DNA of 64,000 nt from a bacterium. Lineage in GTDB: Bacteria > Hinthialibacterota > Hinthialibacteria > Hinthialibacterales > Hinthialibacteraceae. The stretch covers positions 1,578,992-1,642,991 of the forward strand of contig CAXXMV010000008.1 of NCBI GenBank assembly GCA_963662285.2, read 5' to 3'. Positions 10,008 through 19,637 of this stretch are shown here, piece after piece; within the stretch, counting starts at the first letter, position 1; each line of letters opens with the position of its first letter. Below the pieces are notes generated by a model, which did no database searches, was not told where the DNA came from, and worked only from the letters and a program-made list of their open reading frames with translations. A program made the position numbers and the translations under genes.

Positions 10008-12488
10008 GTGAAACGCTATTATATTTTATTGTTAGTTATTTTCTCGTTAGTCTGCGCTTACCAGAGCGGCGCCGCGCAATCTCAACCAATCGGCGGTCAA
10101 GCTTTGGATTTGAATGATTCCAGTAATACGGTTGAATGGAACGCCCGATGGATTCAACACCCCATGTTCCGTAATATTCCCTTCCGCTATCAATACCGCA
10201 AGGATAAGGAAGCGGATGTATCGGGATATGAAGAGAAAGACCCCAGGAACATTCATACTCTGTTCCGTAAGGTTTTTGAATTAGGCGACCAAAAGATCAA
10301 AAGCGCTAAATTGTTTATTACCGCTGATGATGTTTATAAACTCTATCTCAATGAGGAGTTCATCGGTCTGGGTCCGGCGCCCGGTTATCTGTTCGCCTAT
10401 CCCTATAACGCCTGGGATGTAACTGAGGCGTTGCAATCCGGTAAACTCAATTGCCTCGCAGTTCATGTTTATTATCAGGGGCTGGTCAACCGCGTATGGG
10501 GCAGCGGCGATAACCTGCAAGGCTTGTTGGCGCAACTGGAAATCACTTATCAGAACGGGGAAACCGAAACCATCATTTCAGATGGGTCATGGAAATATCA
10601 TCAAACCAACGCTTATGATTCAGACCGGACTCTGGGTTACAAAACCCAATTCGCGGAAGATATTGACCTGCATCAGATAATGCCTGATTGGAAAACGGTT
10701 TCCTTTGATGATGGGGATTGGGAAAAACCATTCGTGCGCGGCAATCCCACTCCGGGGCAGTATACCCTGGCCCCGCAGATCACTCCGCCATTGGCTTATG
10801 AAAAAGTTTGGCCCGAAAAAATTATTAAAACTGGTGAAGGCAGATACTTCATCGATTTTGGAACCGAATTGACCGGAACCACCTGTTTCCTCGTTTCAGG
10901 ATCAGACGGGCATAAAGTGGAAATCCGCCACGGTGAAGAACTCATCAAAGAAAATGAAGTGCGCTTTGAAATGCGCGCTAGCTGCAAATATCAGGAGTTC
11001 ATAACGCTGGCTGGACGTCAAAATGACCTGATCGAGTTTTTTGATTATAAAGGCTTCCGTTACGTCGAAGTGTTGAACTGGCCGGAAGAACTGAATAAAG
11101 ATAACGTATGGGTGCTCAACCGTCATTATCCCTTCCCCCAAGAGGCTTGCTCGTTCACCTCGTCCAACGATCTATTAAACCGCATCTGGCAGCTATGTGA
11201 AAATGGCGCCAAGCAGGGCGCGCAGGATACTTACCTCGATTGCCCTACGAGAGAAAAAGGCGGCTACCTGGGCGACGCTTACGTTACAGGTCAATCGCAC
11301 CTCTATCTAACCGGGGACGCGCTGGTTCTCAAAAAGACCTTGCAAGATTTCGCCTATTCGGCCCGCCTCTGTCCCGGTTTGATGGCTGTGGCGCCGGGTA
11401 ATTTCATGCAGGAAATCGCCGACTATTCCCTGCTCTGGCCTATTATCGTTGAGCGCTATTATCTGTGGAGCGGCGATGAGCAATTCGTGCAATCAATGAT
11501 CCCCATTTTGGACGGCCTGCTTGAGTGGTTTGCGCAATATGAGAATGAAACTGGTCTACTGGAAGCCGTCCCGGAAAAATGGAACCTGGTTGATTGGCCC
11601 AGCAACCTACGCGACAACTATGATTTCGATGATAAAAAGATCGAGGGCGTTAACACGGTACTTAATCATTTCTACTATGGATGCTTACGGAGTTCCACCT
11701 GGTTATACCAATACACCGAAAAATCAACGAAAGCGCTCTCTACTAATAACAAAGCAACCCGACTAAAACAATCCATGCAGGATCAATTGATGAATCCAGC
11801 CACGGGCTTATTCGTCGACTCGGCGGGGTCATCTCATTCGGCGTTGCATTCCAACGCCCTGTCTCCCATGTTCGGCGTTGCGCCAAAAGACGGGACTGAT
11901 AAGCTGCTTGCGTTCCTGAGAAAGAAACGCATGGTCTGCGGAGTATATTTCGCCTCGTTCCTGCTCGAAGGTTTATACAATGCCGCTGAGGTTGATCTGG
12001 CTTATGATTTAATCACCTGTAAGGATATACATTCCTGGAACACCATGCTTGAGGCGGGCGCCACGACCTGCATGGAAGCCTGGGGACCCGAACAGAAATG
12101 GAACACCAGTTGGTGCCACCCCTGGAGCAGCTGCCCCATCTTCATCGTGGCGGGCGAACTAATGGGATTAAAACCGGGTAAACCAGGATGGGCGGAAATC
12201 GATTTTTCTCCCAAGCCACCCAAAGACCTGGAATCAGCTGAGTTGACTATCACAACTCCCAAGGGCGCGATAACAACCTCGTTCACGCAAACGGATAATG
12301 AGATCGTATATAAACTACTGGTTCCCGAAGGCAGCGCAGCCAATGTTACCTTCATAAATGCCAAGAGCATCATGCTTGATGGCAATCCAGTTAAGGCCAA
12401 GCAGCGTATAGCCTCCGCTTCAGTCATATATAGTAAACTACCCATGCGCCTTCAGCCCGGCGAACATACCCTGAAGGTTTATCGTTAG
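10008..12488 (+). CDS. GH78 alpha-L-rhamnosidase-family glycosidase, secreted
   Basis: Signal peptide, ITADDVYKLYLN, DCPTREKGGYLGD, GATTCMEAW, SWCHPWS. Confidence 0.88.
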   Translation: MKRYYILLLVIFSLVCAYQSGAAQSQPIGGQALDLNDSSNTVEWNARWIQHPMFRNIPFRYQYRKDKEADVSGYEEKDPRNIHTLFRKVFELGDQKIKSAKLFITADDVYKLYLNEEFIGLGPAPGYLFAYPYNAWDVTEALQSGKLNCLAVHVYYQGLVNRVWGSGDNLQGLLAQLEITYQNGETETIISDGSWKYHQTNAYDSDRTLGYKTQFAEDIDLHQIMPDWKTVSFDDGDWEKPFVRGNPTPGQYTLAPQITPPLAYEKVWPEKIIKTGEGRYFIDFGTELTGTTCFLVSGSDGHKVEIRHGEELIKENEVRFEMRASCKYQEFITLAGRQNDLIEFFDYKGFRYVEVLNWPEELNKDNVWVLNRHYPFPQEACSFTSSNDLLNRIWQLCENGAKQGAQDTYLDCPTREKGGYLGDAYVTGQSHLYLTGDALVLKKTLQDFAYSARLCPGLMAVAPGNFMQEIADYSLLWPIIVERYYLWSGDEQFVQSMIPILDGLLEWFAQYENETGLLEAVPEKWNLVDWPSNLRDNYDFDDKKIEGVNTVLNHFYYGCLRSSTWLYQYTEKSTKALSTNNKATRLKQSMQDQLMNPATGLFVDSAGSSHSALHSNALSPMFGVAPKDGTDKLLAFLRKKRMVCGVYFASFLLEGLYNAAEVDLAYDLITCKDIHSWNTMLEAGATTCMEAWGPEQKWNTSWCHPWSSCPIFIVAGELMGLKPGKPGWAEIDFSPKPPKDLESAELTITTPKGAITTSFTQTDNEIVYKLLVPEGSAANVTFINAKSIMLDGNPVKAKQRIASASVIYSKLPMRLQPGEHTLKVYR

Positions 12489-12565
12489 AGCTAACATGAC
12501 AGTTCAGTTATATGAAGACTATGCTTTATACAAAGTGATTATTAGAATTTTTATAAGGATTTGTC

Positions 12566-12789
12566 GGGTGGCAAGGGCAGTGTATTTTCTGCCCTTGATT
12601 CAATTCACCTATTTCATTTCAATAATTTTTATCAATGTTTCACTAAGAACACAGAATCATAATTAATAGTATCGATATTGTGATTCAAGCGTCTACAATT
12701 CACTATAAAAGGATAAATAATCATAAGAATTATTCCTTTAATACACAGTATTTAAGTCAAGGGCAGAAAGGACACTGCCCTTGGCACCC
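12566..12789. repeat. Inverted doublet of family A palindromes (REPIN-like, ~224 bp)
   Basis: GGGTGGCAAGGGCAGTGTATTTTCTGCCCTTGAT (12566-12599) and TCAAGGGCAGAAAGGACACTGCCCTTGGCACCC (12757-12789) face each other around an AT-rich spacer. Confidence 0.8.
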
Positions 12790-12935
12790 ACATAGTCTTT
12801 AATCAAAACAAAACTTGTGGGTAAAGATCAGAGGCTTGGGGGAGGGATAACGCACTTCAATTGTCTGACCTATTATGATCGAACATGGTAATATACATTA
12901 CGTGAAGCAATCAAATAGATTAAGGATACATTACT

Positions 12936-14708
12936 ATGACCAGCATCAGACTTGCATTATTAACAACCATCGCGCTTGTCACGGTGAGTCATACAGGAGT
13001 TGCGCAAGAAGCCAAGCAGCTTAATAAAGTGTGGGATACCTTCAGCGACTGCTGGACGGCGACGGATAGTCTTGGGCGGCCTGTCGCCGATCACGCCATC
13101 ACTGGCGACGTGCGACCAGAAAAAACCGTGGCTCTTTTCTATTACATCTGGCATGGTCAACATACCACCCGGCTTTATGATATAGCCAAGATTCTTAAGC
13201 AAAATCCAGAGGAGCCAGTTTGGGGCCCGGTTCACGCCTTTCATCATTGGTCAGAGCCGCTCTATGGATATTACCGGGCCGATGATGAATACGTAGTGCG
13301 GAAGAATGCGCAGATGCTGGCCGACGCTGGCGTCGACGCTATCTTTTTCGACGTCACCAACGCGCTTCCCTACACCGAGATTTACATGAACCTGTGCCGC
13401 ATCTATGCGGATATCAGAAAACAAGGCGGGCGCACGCCGCAGATCGCCTTCCTTACCAATACCAGTTCGGGCAAGACGGTTCAATCGATCTATGAAGACC
13501 TATACGCCAAGGGGCTGTACCGTGACCTATGGTTTTATTGGAAGGGTAAACCGATAATCCTGGCTAAATCCGAAGAGATGACCGAAGAACAGCGGGAATT
13601 TTTCACCATCCGCCGTTCTTGGGCCTGGCAACCGGGACAGGATCAATGGCCCTGGCTGGAACATTATCCCCAAAAAGGCGGTTGGAGCGAGAGTCCTGAT
13701 AAAATAGAACAAATGGTTGTCGAAACCGCCCAGCATCCCCTCAACCACAATGATGGTCTGGGGCTGGGCAAAAGTTTTCACAATGGCGTTCAACCGGCGC
13801 CGGGCAACTATCAAAGCGAAAAGGGTTATTGCTTCGCGGAACAATGGAAACGCGCCCTTGAGGTTGACCCTGAGTTGATCTTCATCACCCAATGGAACGA
13901 ATGGATCGCCATGCGCTTTCTGGCCGATAAGCCCATGATGCTGGCCGGCAAGCAATTGCAGTCGGGCGATTCGTATTTCGTCGATTTATTCAGCATGGAA
14001 TTCAACCGCGATATCGAACCGATGAAGGGCGGCTATCAGGATAACTATTATTACCAGATGGTTGACGGCATCCGAAGGTTTAAGGGAACGCGCAAGCAAG
14101 CGCCGCCATCCGCAGCCAAGACCATCGACTTGAAAGATTTTTCAACGTGGAGCAACGTGCAACCCGAATACCGCGATGATATGGGCGACACCTATCACCG
14201 TGATCATCCCGGCTATGGCGAGCTGCATTACACCAATACTACGGGACGCAATGATTTCAAGATAGCCAAAGCCGCCCGCGACAATGACAACATCTATTTT
14301 TATATAGAAACGGTTGAGCCTATTTCTCCAAAAACGGGAACCAATTGGATGACGCTCTTGGTTCAATTGGACGATTTGACCAAACCATCCTGGGAGGGAT
14401 GGCATTACCTGGTTCAACCATCTAGCGACGCCAGCGATTCTCCATTAGCGCTTTATAAATCAAAGGGTGGATGGAATTGGGAAAAGGTTGGCGACATTAC
14501 CTATCATCTAAATAAAGAACGCATGTCGCTAAGCATTCCACGTAGTATGTTAAGTATTCATAATGATATCAACATCCGATTCAAGTGGTCGGATAACATG
14601 CAGGAACATGATCCACTGGATTGGATACTGAACGGCGATACAGCGCCCAATGGACGGTTTCAATACCGGTATGCAACAACAGCTACTATAAAGAAAGCCC
14701 AAAATTAA
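12936..14708 (+). CDS. Secreted putative glycoside hydrolase (GH99/GH71-like TIM barrel plus C-terminal beta domain)
   Basis: Signal peptide; VALFYYIWH, HHWSEPLYGYY, LADAGVDAIFFD, FITQWNEW; paralogous to C-terminal part of 14740-19368. Confidence 0.7.
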   Translation: MTSIRLALLTTIALVTVSHTGVAQEAKQLNKVWDTFSDCWTATDSLGRPVADHAITGDVRPEKTVALFYYIWHGQHTTRLYDIAKILKQNPEEPVWGPVHAFHHWSEPLYGYYRADDEYVVRKNAQMLADAGVDAIFFDVTNALPYTEIYMNLCRIYADIRKQGGRTPQIAFLTNTSSGKTVQSIYEDLYAKGLYRDLWFYWKGKPIILAKSEEMTEEQREFFTIRRSWAWQPGQDQWPWLEHYPQKGGWSESPDKIEQMVVETAQHPLNHNDGLGLGKSFHNGVQPAPGNYQSEKGYCFAEQWKRALEVDPELIFITQWNEWIAMRFLADKPMMLAGKQLQSGDSYFVDLFSMEFNRDIEPMKGGYQDNYYYQMVDGIRRFKGTRKQAPPSAAKTIDLKDFSTWSNVQPEYRDDMGDTYHRDHPGYGELHYTNTTGRNDFKIAKAARDNDNIYFYIETVEPISPKTGTNWMTLLVQLDDLTKPSWEGWHYLVQPSSDASDSPLALYKSKGGWNWEKVGDITYHLNKERMSLSIPRSMLSIHNDINIRFKWSDNMQEHDPLDWILNGDTAPNGRFQYRYATTATIKKAQN

Positions 14709-14739
14709 TTTATAGATATCAATAGATTCGGAGAAAATC

Positions 14740-17700
14740 ATGAATAAAACATCCTTCGCGAAACATCTTTGTTTAAGCATCTCTCTCTTGTTTATCCTAT
14801 CATATCAGAGCCATGCGCAATCATCCGTCAGCGATTTGTCCATCGATTCACTGCAATGTGAATACCTGACCAATCCATGCGGTATTGATGAGACGGCGCC
14901 CCGGCTTAGTTGGATAGTGAAATCTGAAACCAGGGGGCAGAAGCAGACCGCTTATCAAATTCTGGTCGCATCAAATCCCGACATACTGGCATCAGATAAG
15001 GGAGACTTGTGGGACAGCCGCAAGATAGAGAGCAGCGAAACCGTGAATATTGTTTATTGCGGTAAAAATCTGCTTTCGCGTAAGGTCTGCTATTGGAAAG
15101 TGCGCGCCTGGGATAAGGATAGCCGCGCCTCTTCGTGGAGCAAGCCAGCGCAATGGTCTATGGGTCTCCTTCAGCCAAACGATTGGAAAGCGGAGTGGAT
15201 CAGTTTCAAAGACGATGCGCCCATCCAAGCGACTCCACAGAATATGGAACTTCCCCCCGCCCGCTATTACCGCAAATCCTTTTCACTCAATAAAACAATA
15301 CAACGCGCCACTATCTATTCAACGGCGCTTGGAATTTACGAACTGCAAATCAATGGTGAACGCATCACCCGGCAAATGTTCACTCCCGGATGGTCTGATT
15401 ATAACCAACGGGTTTACTACAACACGTTTGACGTAACCGGGATGATCAAAAGAGGAAAGAACGCACTGGGCGCCATCGTGGCGGATGGCTGGTACAGTGG
15501 ATACCTGGGCTACGCCCTGCTGGTTGGCTATGGCCCCGACAAATGCGGACGTTACATCTATGGCAAGACGCCCAGTTTGATGACCCAGTTGGAAATTGAA
15601 TATCAGGATGGCTCAAAGTCTATCATCAAAACCGATAAAACCTGGAAAGTAAGCACTGGCCCCATTGTTCATTCCGACATGCTGATGGGTGAAACCTATG
15701 ACGCGCGTCTGGAACAAAAAGGTTGGAGCACATCAGAATACAGCGATATTACCTGGGATAACGCTATCAGGGCGGAGGAAAACGGCAGTCTCAAAAAGAC
15801 ATTCTACGATCAAGGCGGGGCGCGTGAAATTGACTTGGGTTTCAGCACTCCAAAAAAAATCCAAGCCTATCCTTCCGTTCCAATACAACCTACTGAATTA
15901 ATTAATCCGGTTGAAATCACCGAACAGGCGCCCGGCGTTTATATTTTCAACCTGGGTCAAAACTTTTCCGGCGTCGTACGAATTAAAGTCCACGGCGAGG
16001 AAGGTTCTAAAATCCAAATCCGTCATGGTGAAATGCTGCATCCCGATGGCCGCCTGATGACCGAAAACCTGCGCAAAGCCAAAGCGACTGACGAATATAT
16101 TCTGCGGGGCGATGAAGGCTATGAAACCTGGATGCCGCGCTTCACCTATCATGGATTCCAATTCGTCGAGTTGACCGGACTGACTGAAAAACCAACCCTC
16201 GAAACTGTCACCGGCATCGTCATCCATTCCGACACGCCGATGGTCAGTTCGTTTGAATGTTCCGACCCCATGGTAAATAAACTTTTCAAAAACATCACCT
16301 GGACCCAACGCGCTAATTTCTTCGAGATTCCCACCGACTGCCCGCAACGCGATGAGCGGTTCGGCTGGACTGGCGATGCTCAGATCTACGTACGCGCCGC
16401 CTGCTATAACGCCGACGCCGCCGCCTTCTACACCAAGTGGCTCGACGACCTGGAAGAAGCGCAGTTGCCCAATGGCGCCTATCCCGATTACGCGCCTTAT
16501 CCCATGATGCATGGCAAACCGCAGCGGGGATTCGCCACGGCCTGGATGGACGCGGGAATCATCTGCCCCTACACCGTTTATAAAGTCTACAACGACCTGC
16601 GCGTCATCGAACGGCATTACGACTCAATGCAACGCTTTATGCAATTCCGTCAGACCAACAGCCCCGACTACCTGGGCGTCAATATCGGTAATGGCTGGGG
16701 CGACTGGCTGTCGCTGGATCAGAACACGCCCATTGAATATATCGACACGGTATATTTCGCCAACAGCGCCAAATTGATGTCTGAAATGGCCGCCGCTATT
16801 GGTAAAACAGATGACGCCGAAACTTACCAAAAGTTATTCCAAAACATCAAAAACGCTTTCCAGGAAAAATATATCGATGCGGAAGGCAAACTGACCATCG
16901 ACAACCAAACCACCTACGCCATCGCGCTTGACGTGGACCTGATTCCCGACAAATTCCGCCAATCAGCGGCGGATCGGCTGGTTGAACTGATCGAGCAAAA
17001 CGAAACCCGCATGAGCACCGGATTCCTGGGAACCCGTCCGCTATTGCCCGTGCTTACAGATACAGGTCATAACGACCTGGCCGTACAACTGCTGCAAAGC
17101 CGCCGCTTCCCATCATGGGGCTATGAAGTAGCCAACGGCGCGACGTCGATCTGGGAACGTTGGAATAGTTATACCAAAGACAAGGGGTTCTTCAGCGTCT
17201 CCATGAATTCATTCAGCCACTATTCATTCGGCGCGGTATGCGAGTGGATGTTCCGCGACCTGGCCGGGATCGACGCGCAAGAGGGCGGGTTTAAAAATAT
17301 CATCATCAAACCTAATCCCCCCACGCCGGGATCAAATCCAGAGCACAAAGCGATCAACTGGGTCAAAGCGCAATACAAATCAAACCGGGGTCTGATCAAA
17401 ACCCAATGGAAACTAGAAGCCGACCAGTTTCAACTGGACGTTGCGATTCCCGCCAACACTCAGGCGACGGTCTATTTACCTGCTGTTGCGCTAAACAAAG
17501 TTATGGTCAACGATAAAAACGTAGATAAAGCCGATGGAGTAAGCGTGACAGGTATGGAGGAGGATCGGACCATACTGACCATCGAATCTGGACAGTACCG
17601 CTTCGAATCAACCATGAATGTTAGTGCTCCAAAGAAAACAACATCACTGTTCCAAGGCAAGCCGTATAAAGGCGGAGATACTTTCGCCGATACATGGGTC

Positions 17701-19368
17701 GCCACCGACGACCTGGGTAGAAAAGCGCCCGACGCAGCCCAATGCGGCCCCGTAAAAAAAGATAAATGGGTGGGAATCTTCTATTGGACATGGCACACGC
17801 CAGGACGCGGCGGCCCCTACGATAACACCAAGATACTGGCGACCGCCAAGGATGGCGCAGTAGAATGGCCGCCCACACAAGGCTCGCATCACTGGGGCGA
17901 ACCGGAACTGGGTTACTACCTGATGACCGATCCCTTTGTCATCCGCAAACACGCCAGCATGTTAGTCGACGCCGGGGTTGATGTTGTATTATTCGACACC
18001 ACCAATCCACCCTTCACCTGGAAGGATCAATACGAAGCCTTGTGCCGCGAGTATACCGCCATGCGTCAAGAAGGCGCCCGGACGCCTCAGATCGGTTTCA
18101 TCGGCCCCTTTGGCAATCCATGTCCAGTAACCGATATCCTGTGGAAGGATTTGTATAAACCGGGCAAATGGAAAGACCTGTGGTTCGAGTGGGATGGTAA
18201 GCCATTTATATTAGCGAACAAAGAATATATCAAAGATAAAGAGATGTTGGATTTCTTCACCTTCCGCCGCCCCATGCCTGATTACTGGATCGGACCCAGC
18301 GGGCCGGATCAATGGAGTTGGCTGGAAGTGCATCCTCAGCACGTTTTCAAAAACAGCCAGGGCGAAACGGAGCAAATGAGCGTCGGCGTCGCCCAAAACG
18401 CCATACCTAACACCCCCGGCCCTGCCCCCATGAGCCACAAAATCGGCGCCATGGGACGCAGCTGGAGCAACGGCAAAAAAGATCCGCGCCAGGATGCGGT
18501 AAACCTGGGACTCAATTTCGACGAACAATGGAACCGCGTCATGGAAGTAAACCCAAAGTTCGTCTTCGTAACGGGATGGAACGAATGGATCGCAGGCCGT
18601 TATTATAAATGGTCCAAATACACCGATGGTGATTGCTACTATCCCGGCGGCATGTTCGTTGATCAATACAATCATGAATACAGCCGCGATTGCGAACCAA
18701 TGCGCAGCGGACATACCGACAACTACTACTATCAACTGGCCAGCTGGATTCGGCGCTACAAAGGCGTCAGAGAACAACCTACAGCCCAAGGTTCGAGCGA
18801 AATAACCATCGATGGTTGCTTTAATGACTGGAGCAAGGTTACTCCAGAGTTCCACGACGCAATCGGCGATACCAGCCACCGCGACCATCCGGGATACGGA
18901 GAACTGGTTTACCAGAATGATACCGGCCGCAACGATTTTGTAATTAGCAAGGCGGCCTATGATGAGAACAACATGTATTTCTTCGCGCAGACTTTGGAAA
19001 ACATCACGCCCCATACAGACCCGTTCTGGATGCTGCTACTGCTTGACGCGGATCAAGACGCCAGCACTGGCTGGTTAGGCTATGATTTCATCATCAATCT
19101 CGAAACGCTGAGTTCAACCAAAACCACCATAAAAAAATGGAGCAATGGAAACTGGCAAAATGCTGGGGAAACCTCATATAATGTCAATGGCAACGGTTTG
19201 GAATTATCCATCCCCCGATCCATGATCGGCATGACTGGAGTAACACCGTCACTAGATTTTCATTGGGCGGATAACATCCAGAGTTTCGCTGATGTATCAG
19301 AACTGGGCGTCAATGGAGACAGCGCCCCCAACCGGAGATGGAACTACCGCTATCAAACAGCGCAATAA
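14740..19368 (+). CDS. GH78 alpha-L-rhamnosidase fused to a C-terminal GH99/71-like domain
   Basis: LQCEYLTNP, PTDCPQRDERFGWTGD, GATSIWERWNS, SMNSFSHY, then DTWVATDDLGR...VGIFYWTWH...FVTGWNEW. Confidence 0.88.
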   Translation: MNKTSFAKHLCLSISLLFILSYQSHAQSSVSDLSIDSLQCEYLTNPCGIDETAPRLSWIVKSETRGQKQTAYQILVASNPDILASDKGDLWDSRKIESSETVNIVYCGKNLLSRKVCYWKVRAWDKDSRASSWSKPAQWSMGLLQPNDWKAEWISFKDDAPIQATPQNMELPPARYYRKSFSLNKTIQRATIYSTALGIYELQINGERITRQMFTPGWSDYNQRVYYNTFDVTGMIKRGKNALGAIVADGWYSGYLGYALLVGYGPDKCGRYIYGKTPSLMTQLEIEYQDGSKSIIKTDKTWKVSTGPIVHSDMLMGETYDARLEQKGWSTSEYSDITWDNAIRAEENGSLKKTFYDQGGAREIDLGFSTPKKIQAYPSVPIQPTELINPVEITEQAPGVYIFNLGQNFSGVVRIKVHGEEGSKIQIRHGEMLHPDGRLMTENLRKAKATDEYILRGDEGYETWMPRFTYHGFQFVELTGLTEKPTLETVTGIVIHSDTPMVSSFECSDPMVNKLFKNITWTQRANFFEIPTDCPQRDERFGWTGDAQIYVRAACYNADAAAFYTKWLDDLEEAQLPNGAYPDYAPYPMMHGKPQRGFATAWMDAGIICPYTVYKVYNDLRVIERHYDSMQRFMQFRQTNSPDYLGVNIGNGWGDWLSLDQNTPIEYIDTVYFANSAKLMSEMAAAIGKTDDAETYQKLFQNIKNAFQEKYIDAEGKLTIDNQTTYAIALDVDLIPDKFRQSAADRLVELIEQNETRMSTGFLGTRPLLPVLTDTGHNDLAVQLLQSRRFPSWGYEVANGATSIWERWNSYTKDKGFFSVSMNSFSHYSFGAVCEWMFRDLAGIDAQEGGFKNIIIKPNPPTPGSNPEHKAINWVKAQYKSNRGLIKTQWKLEADQFQLDVAIPANTQATVYLPAVALNKVMVNDKNVDKADGVSVTGMEEDRTILTIESGQYRFESTMNVSAPKKTTSLFQGKPYKGGDTFADTWVATDDLGRKAPDAAQCGPVKKDKWVGIFYWTWHTPGRGGPYDNTKILATAKDGAVEWPPTQGSHHWGEPELGYYLMTDPFVIRKHASMLVDAGVDVVLFDTTNPPFTWKDQYEALCREYTAMRQEGARTPQIGFIGPFGNPCPVTDILWKDLYKPGKWKDLWFEWDGKPFILANKEYIKDKEMLDFFTFRRPMPDYWIGPSGPDQWSWLEVHPQHVFKNSQGETEQMSVGVAQNAIPNTPGPAPMSHKIGAMGRSWSNGKKDPRQDAVNLGLNFDEQWNRVMEVNPKFVFVTGWNEWIAGRYYKWSKYTDGDCYYPGGMFVDQYNHEYSRDCEPMRSGHTDNYYYQLASWIRRYKGVREQPTAQGSSEITIDGCFNDWSKVTPEFHDAIGDTSHRDHPGYGELVYQNDTGRNDFVISKAAYDENNMYFFAQTLENITPHTDPFWMLLLLDADQDASTGWLGYDFIINLETLSSTKTTIKKWSNGNWQNAGETSYNVNGNGLELSIPRSMIGMTGVTPSLDFHWADNIQSFADVSELGVNGDSAPNRRWNYRYQTAQ

Positions 19369-19372
19369 TAAC

Positions 19373-19457
19373 GTAGGGCGCGCCCCTTGTGGGCGCCCGG
19401 AATACGCATCAACCACGGGTGAAAGCATAATCGGGTAACCACAAGGGTTACCCCTAC
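19373..19457. repeat. GTAG-type REP doublet (family B)
   Basis: GTAGGGCGCGCCCCTTGTGGGCGCCCGG and inverted partner CGGGTAACCACAAGGGTTACCCCTAC; exact reverse-complement copy at 32902-32929. Confidence 0.8.
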
Positions 19458-19490
19458 ATTTGATGATCATTCCTGGTAGTTAGACACGAT

Positions 19491-19524
19491 GGGTGCCAAG
19501 GGCAGTGTATTTTCTGCCCTTGAT
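19491..19524. repeat. REP-like palindrome family A
   Basis: GGGTGCCAAGGGCAGTGTATTTTCTGCCCTTGAT. Confidence 0.8.
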
Positions 19525-19637
19525 CAAGCCACCCAATATAAGGTGAACTGAAAACGTTTTCAACAATTTTATTTTATGTCGGGTATTTAACATTGTTTTT
19601 AACATATCAAGCAATCTAAACTATACGGAGTCTTTCC